DNA of 32,000 bases, from contig NZ_CP006867.1 in assembly GCF_001481685.1 (NCBI RefSeq), positions 210,001 to 242,000 on the forward strand, given 5' to 3'. The position numbers and the translations under genes are program-made. Below the pieces are notes generated by a model, which saw only the letters and a program-made list of their open reading frames with translations, ran no database searches and was not told the origin of the DNA. This stretch comes from Ignicoccus islandicus DSM 13165. GTDB lineage: Archaea; Thermoproteota; Thermoprotei_A; Sulfolobales; Ignicoccaceae. Of this stretch, positions 1 to 7,050 are shown piece by piece (position 1 is the first letter of the stretch; every line of letters begins with the position of its first letter).

Positions 1-70
1 GACCTTTTGAAAGCACTCCGATTTAGTTTCGCACTTAACTTCCAAGGCCAAGTAACTGGTACCGAACCTC

Positions 71-979
71 GTGTCCCACACAAAAACCCTTCCCGACTTC
101 AAACCGATCGGTGCCTCCTTGGGCTTTACGGAAGAGAGACTTCTAAATTTAGTGAGGGAGATGGGAGTTAAAACTGGTAAGCTAGGTCCCGGAGACGACT
201 GCGACTGCATCGAGATAGCGGAAACGTCGCTTTGCGTTAACGTTGACGGATTTGCAGCGAAGGAAGTAATGATGGACTTCATGGACTTAAGCGATGTAGG
301 GTGGAGGGGAGTAATTGCGTCCCTGAGCGACTTAGTAGCTAAGGGATGCGTTCCCAGGGGAAGCGGGTATTCGGTTTACGCTAACGATATCGAAAGCGCG
401 CTTCAACTAAGCAGGGGAGCGTTGGAAGCGGTCTCCGAATATTCCTTGACCTTTCTAGGGGCCGATACGAATAGGGGAAATGAGTCAATAGATGCCTTCT
501 CATTGGGAACTTGTAGTAACCCAATCCCAATTGATGGGGCTGAGGAAGGCGACCTAGTGGTAATACCTAAGGGGTGTTGGGGTTGCGTCAAAGCATGCTT
601 AGAAGGAATAGCTGGAGACGAGGAAAGGGCCCATTGCAAGAGACCGCGAATTCCAAAGGGCCTAGCGGAAGCCTTAGTAAAATATAGGAAGTTCATCAGA
701 GCTTCGACTGATTCGAGCGATTCGCTGGCCGTGAGCCTTTGGAAGCTCGCTAAAGCATCGAATAAGGCCATAGAATTACATGTCCTTCCAAGCAACTTAG
801 ATGAGAAGTACGTGTTGTATTCCGGAGAGGAATATTTGCCTGTGCTCGTAGTGGATCGAGAAGGACTAGAATTGGTTAAAGAGATCGACGGTATGGTAAT
901 AGGAAGAGTTAGGGAAGGTCCAGCCAAAGTTACCTTATACGGAAGGGAAGTGAAACCGCTCGGATGGGAATGGTTCTAG
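71..979 (+). CDS. thiL: Thiamine-monophosphate kinase-like protein (AIR synthase/ThiL family)
   Basis: 302-aa ORF with a GTG start. It has the GPGDDCDC motif (compare ThiL iGDDaA), a DVGWRGVIASLSDLVAKGCVP motif (compare diG..a..nlSDlaAmGa.P) and GADTN (compare GGdt). Length fits ThiL. Confidence 0.65.
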   Translation: MSHTKTLPDFKPIGASLGFTEERLLNLVREMGVKTGKLGPGDDCDCIEIAETSLCVNVDGFAAKEVMMDFMDLSDVGWRGVIASLSDLVAKGCVPRGSGYSVYANDIESALQLSRGALEAVSEYSLTFLGADTNRGNESIDAFSLGTCSNPIPIDGAEEGDLVVIPKGCWGCVKACLEGIAGDEERAHCKRPRIPKGLAEALVKYRKFIRASTDSSDSLAVSLWKLAKASNKAIELHVLPSNLDEKYVLYSGEEYLPVLVVDREGLELVKEIDGMVIGRVREGPAKVTLYGREVKPLGWEWF

Positions 980-1016
980 CTCCTCATCGTTCAGCGTTTG
1001 CACCCTTCCTCATCGC

Positions 1017-1604
1017 TTACTTCATTATTTCCGAAAGTATTTCGACAGCGCTCTCCCTTATCATTGCGACTCCCAGACCAGCTAGCAATATTGCGATTAT
1101 TCTCGAAAGGGCCGTTATTCCGTTTTTACCAAGCACCTTGTAGATAACTTCTCCGTATCTCAACATCGGGATTGAGATAGCCATTACTATTAGTACGGCT
1201 ACGCTTGTGCATATTGGTCCACAGACGGAACGATAGTACAAAACCAAGCTTATGGCACCAGGACCAGCGAGCATTGGAATGGCCATGGGCACTATAGCTA
1301 TGCTTTCTGGGTCTATCATTTGCGCCTCAGTTTGGCCCAAGAGCGCTTGTATGGAGTAAACTAATAGAATCAAGCCGGTAGCCATTCTAACGTCAGTCAG
1401 ATTCATTCCAAAGGGCTTTACTATGTAATCGCCTAGAATTGAGAAAACTAACAAGACTATTGTTGCTACTATTACGCTTTTCGTTATTATTCTCTTCCTC
1501 ACGTTACTGGGCAAGTGAGAAGTCATGCTATGAAATATTGGACCGTTTGTTAAAGGATCTATTATTACAAATAGAGCAATTACCAAGTTCAAGATTTCGT
1601 CCAT
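1017..1604 (-). CDS. MarC family (UPF0056) integral membrane protein
   Basis: 195-aa ORF with an ATG start and about 6 hydrophobic segments. N-terminal IDPLTNGPIF and central AGPGAIS motifs are typical of MarC/UPF0056. Confidence 0.7.
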   Translation of the reverse strand: MDEILNLVIALFVIIDPLTNGPIFHSMTSHLPSNVRKRIITKSVIVATIVLLVFSILGDYIVKPFGMNLTDVRMATGLILLVYSIQALLGQTEAQMIDPESIAIVPMAIPMLAGPGAISLVLYYRSVCGPICTSVAVLIVMAISIPMLRYGEVIYKVLGKNGITALSRIIAILLAGLGVAMIRESAVEILSEIMK

Positions 1605-1672
1605 TCGATGCCCCTTCTACGAGCGTCATTTGTAGTTAATGTCGTTAGAGTTCCATGGACTTATTCATCTAT

Positions 1673-2160
1673 CTCATTCACCATCCGATGGTGAATGCCC
1701 ATCTCCACCTCTTGTCCAAATTCGATTTTCCATTTACTCACAATCAATTCCATTATTTCCTCAACCTTAACCATTTGAATTCAGAAACAATGGTCTCCTT
1801 AAGCACCTTCAGTTTCTACCAGACTTCCTAATGCTCAATTCCATTTCAACCCAATCATTCAACATTGTATTTGCGAAAACAAATGCAATTTACCACTCTT
1901 GAGCTTAGACCATTAGTACAAGGTCCTTTCAAGATCGATCTTTACAATGAGAAGTTGCATTGAGGGGTTAATAAGCGATCATGAGAACTCTGATGATCAT
2001 GGGGATTTCTACTCCGGCCTACCTTATACAAGCATATGCATGAATATATTGGACAACTACTTGAATTCAAGTTCTGAGAGGAAAGGTGTGAATGTGGAAA
2101 GGCAGATGAAGGGAAAGGGTTAAAAGATGGAGAATTGGTTGTTTAAATAGGAGGGCAACG
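1673..2160 (+). promoter_or_regulatory. CRISPR leader 1, paralogous to 30861-31348
   Basis: ORF-poor, A/T-rich 488 nt abutting the first repeat. It aligns gap-free to 30861-31348 with about 50 mismatches by hand count. TATA-like boxes TTAAAAGA (2120-2127) and TTTAAATA (2142-2149) lie just upstream of repeat 1. Confidence 0.8.
1676..1696. repeat. Inverted repeat ATTCACCAT-CCG-ATGGTGAAT at the distal edge of leader 1
   Basis: Perfect 9-bp arms with a 3-nt spacer. The same arms occur at 30864-30884 in leader 2, where the spacer is CCC. The element sits where similarity between the two leaders begins. Confidence 0.85.
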
Positions 2161-2919
2161 GTAGAGATCCAATAGGGAGTGGAAAGAGTGAGTAGTTTCG
2201 AGTTGAGCGAGTGGTCAAGTGAAAGTAAGGTAGAGATCCAATAGGGAGTGGAAAGAATCCTTCACCTTTTGCGCGCTCAACTGCCAGAGTTTTTGTAGAG
2301 ATCCAATAGGGAGTGGAAAGAGGGTAACACAGTTTGCTTTAGTATGCGTCTCTCTTCTTCCTCGCGGTAGAGATCCAATAGGGAGTGGAAAGACTTCATG
2401 CTAAGACTGTTAGGAATCGATTTAGAGATTTTGGTAGAGTCCCAATAGGGAGTGGAAAGTTGTGTTGACGATGTCGGCCCCCGCTTCCTCGCAGACCTTC
2501 GTAGAGTCCCAATAGGGAGTGGAAAGCGGCGAGTATTTTCAGTGCGTACGTCTCGAACGCCCTGTAGAGTCCCAATAGGGAGTGGAAAGTATCGAAACCA
2601 AACTTGTTGCGAACTTTTCGTTCAATTTGTAGAGTCCCAATAGGGAGTGGAAAGTCACAAATATGGATGTGAGGAAGTTCGTCGCAAGGAACCTAGTAGA
2701 GTCCCAATAGGGAGTGGAAAGCATCTTTAACCGTATCATAATCAAAAACAACGTCATAAAGCCGTAGAGATCCAAGAGAGAGTGGAAAGTAGGAAAGCTT
2801 CTTGTTTAGAACATAATACACAAGAACAAGTAGAGATCCAAAATGGAATAGAAAGTAAGTACACCTACTTGAGCGTTCAAGCGAAAGCGTAAAGCAGAGA
2901 TCCATGATAGAAAAACTTA
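2161..2919 (+). CRISPR. CRISPR array 1: 12 repeats of 26 nt and 11 spacers of 37-46 nt
   Basis: Repeat starts are 2161, 2230, 2295, 2367 (GTAGAGATCCAATAGGGAGTGGAAAG); 2434, 2501, 2564, 2629, 2696 (GTAGAGTCCCAATAGGGAGTGGAAAG); and 2764, 2830, 2894 (progressively degenerate). Spacers are unique. Orientation follows from the leader on the left, repeat decay on the right, and the GGAAAG 3' end typical of crenarchaeal repeats. Confidence 0.95.
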
Positions 2920-3013
2920 TTTCCTTCATAGCAAAAGAATGAAAAAAGTTCATTCAAGCGCGCGAAAACGAATGGATAAAATTGGTTCCGAATCGAAGCC
3001 AATTCGAAGTTCA

Positions 3014-3022
3014 CTTTAAATT
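3014..3022 (+). promoter_or_regulatory. TATA box for tRNA-Arg
   Basis: CTTTAAATT is centred about 28 nt upstream of the first tRNA nucleotide (3046), which is archaeal promoter geometry. Confidence 0.5.
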
Positions 3023-3045
3023 TCCAACTCGTCTCTGTAGAAACT

Positions 3046-3119
3046 GGCCCCGTAGCTCAGCCAGGAGGAGCGCGGGCCTTCGGAGCCCGTGGTCCCGGGT
3101 TCAAATCCCGGCGGGGCCG
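3046..3119 (+). tRNA. tRNA-Arg (anticodon UCG)
   Basis: Hand-folded cloverleaf. Acceptor GGCCCCG/CGGGGCC, anticodon stem CGGGC/GCCCG with loop CUUCGGA (anticodon UCG), T arm CCGGG-TTCAAAT-CCCGG, discriminator G. No encoded CCA and no intron. Confidence 0.9.
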
Positions 3120-3235
3120 CTGCCCCCTCACATAACTTTCTACGCTTTTTGAACGCGTCACATCGTTATTTCCGCCTGTCAAATAATACTTTAAAAATGT
3201 TCCTATTTTTATTCAATTGAGCATGGAAGAAAATA

Positions 3236-3243
3236 TTTTTATA
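3236..3243 (+). promoter_or_regulatory. TATA box for tRNA-Val
   Basis: TTTTTATA is centred about 29 nt upstream of the tRNA 5' end (3269). Confidence 0.5.
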
Positions 3244-3268
3244 GACCTATCTTGCCTCCATTTTCCGA

Positions 3269-3342
3269 GGGCCCGTCGTCTAGCCCGGAAGGACGCCGCC
3301 CTCACACGGCGGTAGTCCGGGGTTCAAATCCCCGCGGGCCCA
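3269..3342 (+). tRNA. tRNA-Val (anticodon CAC)
   Basis: Hand-folded cloverleaf. Acceptor GGGCCCG/CGGGCCC, anticodon stem CCGCC/GGCGG with loop CUCACAC (anticodon CAC), T arm CGGGG-TTCAAAT-CCCCG, discriminator A. Confidence 0.9.
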
Positions 3343-3593
3343 CTACTTCTCTTGACCACCAAGGTACTTTTCGGATGTTCCAAAACAGCCCTTGCGAACT
3401 CGCAAAGGGTTAAGCTATATACGAAGAAATTTACAGGTTTCGAAAACTTAATGCTCTAGATAAGTGCATAGATCTTAACGTTCTTGCGATATCTCCATCT
3501 TCTAAGCCAAGTGTTCTCACTGGGGTGGAGTTCCCGTTTTTAGAGCTCGTCCGTTTCGTATAGTTCGGGTAATGAAGAAATCGAGGTAGACCG

Positions 3594-3620
3594 AAAAGGG
3601 GGTATGTGGTAGTTATCCCC
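3594..3620 (-). terminator. Hairpin plus T-tract downstream of rpl15e
   Basis: On the minus strand, just past the rpl15e stop (3632-3634), GGGGATA/TACCCCC pairs as a 7-bp stem including one G-U pair (3598-3620). TTTT follows at 3594-3597. Confidence 0.45.
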
Positions 3621-3631
3621 GTCTGAACCCT

Positions 3632-4303
3632 TTACTGAGTGCCCTTGTGGTAGTCAGGCACTTCCCTTACCGCTCTCGGCTTGGCCTTTCCGCTTGCTTC
3701 GTGTCTCTTCCTAAGTTCCCTCTCCTTCTGTTTCCTCTTCCACTTGTGCTTGACTGTGCCTCTCAGTCCCCTGCTCTTCCTAAGTCCCCTCATCTTCTTT
3801 CCTGCACTAGTTAGTCCCCTGAACACCCTTCCTCTATTGGATGGGTTAGCTAACCAGTTGAGTTCCGGATCGCTCTTTATTGCGGGGTGATGTGGGTCCA
3901 CAAGTATTACTTCGTACCACTCGTACTGGCCGTCTTCACCTACCCAGTAGGAGTTGAGCACTTCTAGGCCGGGATACTTCCTAGCTGCCCTCTCTTCAGC
4001 TATTAGACGGGTTGGTTTAGCTGGAGCGTATCCGTAAACACCCATTCTCTTTGGTCTCCTACCCTTGTTAGGCCTCGGTCTGTTCAGCCCACCTTTACTG
4101 ACCCTTACCCTAACTACTACTACTCCAGGCTTGGCCTTGTAGCCTAGCGCCCTAGCTCTGTCTAGCCTAGTAGGTTTCTCGATTCGAACTACTGCCGGCT
4201 CCCTCCTCCACTGGATGAACCTCTGCTTCATGAGCTCTCCGTGTTCACCGTCGTAAGGCCTCTTCCATTGTTCCCTTAGGTAATGGTACAGACCCTTGGC
4301 CAT
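3632..4303 (-). CDS. rpl15e: 50S ribosomal protein L15e
   Basis: 223-aa, very basic ORF. The N-terminus [16 protein letters not shown] matches the L15e signature (compare MA.s.Y.Yir..Wk.P). The Arg/Lys-rich body is typical of the family. Confidence 0.9.
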   Translation of the reverse strand: MAKGLYHYLREQWKRPYDGEHGELMKQRFIQWRREPAVVRIEKPTRLDRARALGYKAKPGVVVVRVRVSKGGLNRPRPNKGRRPKRMGVYGYAPAKPTRLIAEERAARKYPGLEVLNSYWVGEDGQYEWYEVILVDPHHPAIKSDPELNWLANPSNRGRVFRGLTSAGKKMRGLRKSRGLRGTVKHKWKRKQKERELRKRHEASGKAKPRAVREVPDYHKGTQ

Positions 4304-4352
4304 ATTTATCTTTCCCCTTGGGAGTAGAAGTGGATGGGATATAAAGTCTCGC

Positions 4353-5750
4353 TTAGATTACTTCGCATTTCAGCCTCTTTTCTCCTTTAATGAGAGCCCA
4401 CCCGAGGGATACTGCTCTCCTCCACCATTCAAGCGAGTACGCCACGTCATCGAAATTGGTTAGTAACGCAACTATTCCTGCTGCTCCTATGTCTGCCATG
4501 GGAGTGAAAACTACGGTATAGAAGGTGTATAAGGTCTTGTTCCCTTTAAGGTAGAGCAACTCGAAGCCCAGTAGGGAGCTGACGAGGAAGAAGGACGCGT
4601 ACCAAGGTAAGGAGTATCGCCTCCTATCTTTGAGGGGATACAAGATAAGGAAGGAGAGTAGCGCCGTTTTCATTATTGCAGCGTTAGTTACAGAGTAAAC
4701 TGCCGGATCGATGTACAGCGGGGAAGGTACCCTACCTTCTATCCAATCCAAGGGACTGGCTGGAGGAGGGCCCGAGGGTCTGGAAACGGTGAACCAAGAG
4801 AGGCCGTTTAGCACCTCCGTTATCCACTTAGTCACGCCCAATTTGATTGCGAGAGGCATTGATAGCAGCGCGAAAGCGATGAGGGCAGCTAGCGCTGGGA
4901 GCGCTACTGACGCTAAAGGCGACTTACCTTTCTTTAAGAGCAAGTACGCTATGGGTAAAGCGTAGAAGGCGGCCGTGTACTTAGAGCTGACCGCTAGGGC
5001 AAAGGCGATTATCGCTAATTCTACTTTGAAGGGCAGTAGCGCTAATGAGATCATGCTAAATACAGCTGAGTAAATATCTAACATAGCAACCATGCTCATG
5101 GTCCTAAAGGCCACGTCGTGGTAGATCAAGAGGGCTATTGCAACCCATAGCCAGAGGCTCCTAGTAGCCAAGTAACTCCCCAGTAATACAGAGAATAGGG
5201 CTATCGAGGCCAAGGCGATTCCGGGGACTCTCCACATCCATGGTACGTCTTCCTTAAGCATTGCAGAGGCTATGAAATACTTCCCCAGAGGGGGATGTTC
5301 CAAGTTCAAGTACCTCAATATCCCCTTTTGTTCTGGGTACTTCCATCCCGGCTGGACTATAGTTAAGTTCAACTCGTCTCTCTTTTTCATTATTTCCTTT
5401 AATTCGTCCTTTGGAATGGAAACGTATATCGCGTTCTCGACCTTTTGGTAGTGGTACAGAACGTCTACGGAGTAGTTACCGGCGTAGTTCAATAAGAAGT
5501 AAGATAAATTGAGGGCGCTATTGAACTGCAAGGTCGCGTTACAACCGCTTACGCAAGGCGGATAGAGGTTGAATACCTCCCTTAGGATGTTCCTAGCCGC
5601 ACTAGTATACCACACTTCGTCGCCAATGTATTCGTGTGATACTGGCTCCATTTGAGCAAATTGATACTCTTCGTAGAAGAAGTTGAGGGTAAGCGCGAGG
5701 GAAATTAAGACGACAAATAAAAGCTTTGCTTTTTCCAAGCGTTCGCTCAT
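4353..5750 (-). CDS. GT-C fold membrane glycosyltransferase, dolichyl-phosphate-mannose protein mannosyltransferase (PMT/PMT_2)-like
   Basis: 465-aa polytopic membrane protein. It has an N-terminal signal anchor, a roughly 130-aa soluble insert, then [12 protein letters not shown] (the HPPLgK hallmark of PMT/ArnT-type GT-C enzymes) and many TM helices. Confidence 0.6.
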   Translation of the reverse strand: MSERLEKAKLLFVVLISLALTLNFFYEEYQFAQMEPVSHEYIGDEVWYTSAARNILREVFNLYPPCVSGCNATLQFNSALNLSYFLLNYAGNYSVDVLYHYQKVENAIYVSIPKDELKEIMKKRDELNLTIVQPGWKYPEQKGILRYLNLEHPPLGKYFIASAMLKEDVPWMWRVPGIALASIALFSVLLGSYLATRSLWLWVAIALLIYHDVAFRTMSMVAMLDIYSAVFSMISLALLPFKVELAIIAFALAVSSKYTAAFYALPIAYLLLKKGKSPLASVALPALAALIAFALLSMPLAIKLGVTKWITEVLNGLSWFTVSRPSGPPPASPLDWIEGRVPSPLYIDPAVYSVTNAAIMKTALLSFLILYPLKDRRRYSLPWYASFFLVSSLLGFELLYLKGNKTLYTFYTVVFTPMADIGAAGIVALLTNFDDVAYSLEWWRRAVSLGWALIKGEKRLKCEVI

Positions 5751-5851
5751 AATTCCTCTTCCTCTTCCTCGAGCTCATCGAGGGTAATCAATTCCTCCTC
5801 TTCCTCGACCATAACCTCGAATTCGTCCATTTCCTCACGGAAGTATTCCAT
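5747..5851 (-). CDS. Candidate 34-aa highly acidic micro-ORF, translationally coupled to the PMT-like gene
   Basis: The [37 protein letters not shown] is not in the ORF track. GGAGGG lies 6-7 nt upstream of its ATG (5851-5849). Its TGA overlaps the ATG of the downstream gene as ATGA (5750-5747). There is no homology evidence. Confidence 0.3.
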   Translation of the reverse strand: MEYFREEMDEFEVMVEEEEELITLDELEEEEEEL

Positions 5852-5957
5852 AGGTACCCTCCCACATAACTCGAGTGCCGCGAAAGGGGAAATAAGGCTT
5901 TTTATTTCATTAAAGTTATATAGTCATTTCTTCGTTCGACCTCGTAGGTGCGAGCAG

Positions 5958-6128
5958 TTGGCTAAGAAGAGAAGGAGGGCAGGAGACAGCGGACTCGTCA
6001 CTGCCATGGGTCTGATGAGATTTTACGAAGAGATAGAATCTAAGATCAAGGTACCACCGGAAGCGGTAGTGGGGGCGGCCTTCGGTATCTCAGTTCTAGC
6101 GTTGATACTGAGAATAGTATTGGGTTGA
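5958..6128 (+). CDS. secG: Preprotein translocase subunit Sec61beta (archaeal SecG)
   Basis: 56-aa ORF, too short for the ORF track, with a TTG start. The product MAKKRRRAGDSGLVTAMGLMRFYEEIESKIKVPPEAVVGAAFGISVLALILRIVLG has a basic N-terminus, the GL.RfyeE motif and a single C-terminal TM anchor, as in archaeal Sec61beta. AGGTG lies about 9 nt upstream, and TATA-like tracts lie at about 5898-5906 and 5916-5922. Confidence 0.7.
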   Translation: MAKKRRRAGDSGLVTAMGLMRFYEEIESKIKVPPEAVVGAAFGISVLALILRIVLG

Positions 6129-6180
6129 AGAGGGCAAACCGTGAAATATCGCTCTACCTCCCAGCTACGGAGAAAACGGG

Positions 6181-7050
6181 ATGCTAGAGGCGGCGATACC
6201 CTTAATTCCCCAACTCCTTTGGGCGACGAACTTCGTTATCTCTAAGATCGTGGTGAGTAGTGGTCTTCACCCATTAGCGCTCACAGCTATCAGATGGACC
6301 ATAGCGACTTTCTTGATGTACCTTTACGCTCGATTGGTAGGGATGAGAATTAGCCTAGATAGGTCGCTATCGTTCCTAGCGCTAACTGGGATAACGGGGT
6401 TCAGCGCGCTAATATACCTAGGTCTCATGTTCTCGAAGGCGTCAATAGTGGGCCTTACAATGGCCTTTATCCCTATAGCCACTTCAATTCTCGCTGCCAT
6501 ATTCCTAAAAGAAAGAATTTCGAAGCTCGTTGCCGCGTCAGTGGTTCTAGGCAGTCTGGGCGGGATCCTCTTGAGCGCCGGTAACTTGAACGGTCTCTCT
6601 TGGCTAGGAGTGCTCTTCGGGGTGTTGGCCTCAATAGACTGGGGCATCTATACAGTATGGTCCAAGAAAGCCATGGTCGAGTTATCCCCCATGGAGCTAT
6701 TAGTGAGCATATCTATCTTAGCTCAGCCAGTGAATTGGATATTGGCCCTTCCGTTCCTAAGCATTGAGCCGCTCTTGAAGGAAGAGGTATTACTTGGAAC
6801 GCTCTACGTCTCGCTAGTGCCAGGCTTCGTTGCCTACTTCCTATGGCTTTACTCCGTAAAGCTCATCGGTGCATCGAGAGCGGGGGTTTACATAAACGCT
6901 TTACCGTTATTCACGTTAATAATTTCAGTCCTCACCTTAGGTGAGAGGCTAGACGCTTTCGAGGTAGCGGGAAGCGCCTTGATAATAGCGGCTCTGACGT
7001 TAGTTACTGTTGATTATCTGAATAGAACTTACCGCGCAAGTAGGCAATGA
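6181..7050 (+). CDS. EamA/DMT-superfamily transporter
   Basis: 289 aa with about 10 TM helices arranged as two EamA-like halves. The overall pattern is typical of drug/metabolite transporters. Confidence 0.7.
   Translation: MLEAAIPLIPQLLWATNFVISKIVVSSGLHPLALTAIRWTIATFLMYLYARLVGMRISLDRSLSFLALTGITGFSALIYLGLMFSKASIVGLTMAFIPIATSILAAIFLKERISKLVAASVVLGSLGGILLSAGNLNGLSWLGVLFGVLASIDWGIYTVWSKKAMVELSPMELLVSISILAQPVNWILALPFLSIEPLLKEEVLLGTLYVSLVPGFVAYFLWLYSVKLIGASRAGVYINALPLFTLIISVLTLGERLDAFEVAGSALIIAALTLVTVDYLNRTYRASRQ

Noticed and set aside
403-927. Long antisense or overlapping ORFs inside homology-supported genes (403-927, 7695-8102, 13781-14047, 14891-15259, 17705-18118, 20795-21202, 22365-22682, 24461-24979, 25673-26044, 26207-26674 and similar)
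   Set aside because: Each lies wholly within a gene with clear family motifs on the other strand or frame. Their S/L/P/R-rich low-complexity translations are typical of shadow ORFs.
1981-2043. A short ORF in leader 1 (MRTLMIMGISTPAYLIQAYA) with a counterpart in leader 2
   Set aside because: The stop position is not conserved between the two leaders (20 versus 27 codons). The substitutions show no synonymous bias, so the sequence is conserved as DNA or RNA, not as protein.
1991-2077. TGATGA (1991-1996) and CTGA (2074-2077) in the leader as possible C and D boxes of an sRNA
   Set aside because: The spacing is about 80 nt, with no C'/D' pair and no terminal stem. TGATGA is part of the GATCATG-N11-GATCATG repeat, and archaeal C/D sRNAs are about 50-60 nt.
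2076-2101. A possible fossil repeat in the leader ending in GTGGAAAG, also present in leader 2
   Set aside because: Only the last 8 nt and a loose GAGAG prefix match the repeat. The distance to repeat 1 is 59 nt, outside the 37-46 nt spacer range. It may be a functional leader motif, but I cannot call it a degenerate repeat.
2161-2919. Resemblance of the repeat core GAGTGGAAAG to the archaeal origin-recognition-box core (CAGTGGAAAC)
   Set aside because: Regular 26-nt repeats with unique spacers and a leader define a CRISPR array. No orc1/cdc6 gene or A/T-rich unwinding element is adjacent, so the similarity is partial and probably coincidental.
2452-2953. ORF-track entries 2452-2643 (+), 2539-2775 (-) and 2693-2953 (-) inside array 1
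   Set aside because: They run through CRISPR repeats. Their translations contain the repeat-encoded peptides (RVPIGSGK, STPYWDST, FHSLLGLY) at the array period, so they are artefacts of the repeat.
2937-2955. The hairpin GAATGAA-AAAAG-TTCATTC after the last degenerate repeat as the array terminator
   Set aside because: The stem is A/T-rich and weak, and no T-tract follows it. It is possible but unsupported, so I did not list it as a feature.
2920-3345. An integrated mobile element at the tRNA-Arg or tRNA-Val genes next to the array 1 trailer
   Set aside because: The window has no integrase or transposase ORF. I could find no duplicated tRNA 3'-end (att-like) sequence, and the flanking genes are housekeeping.
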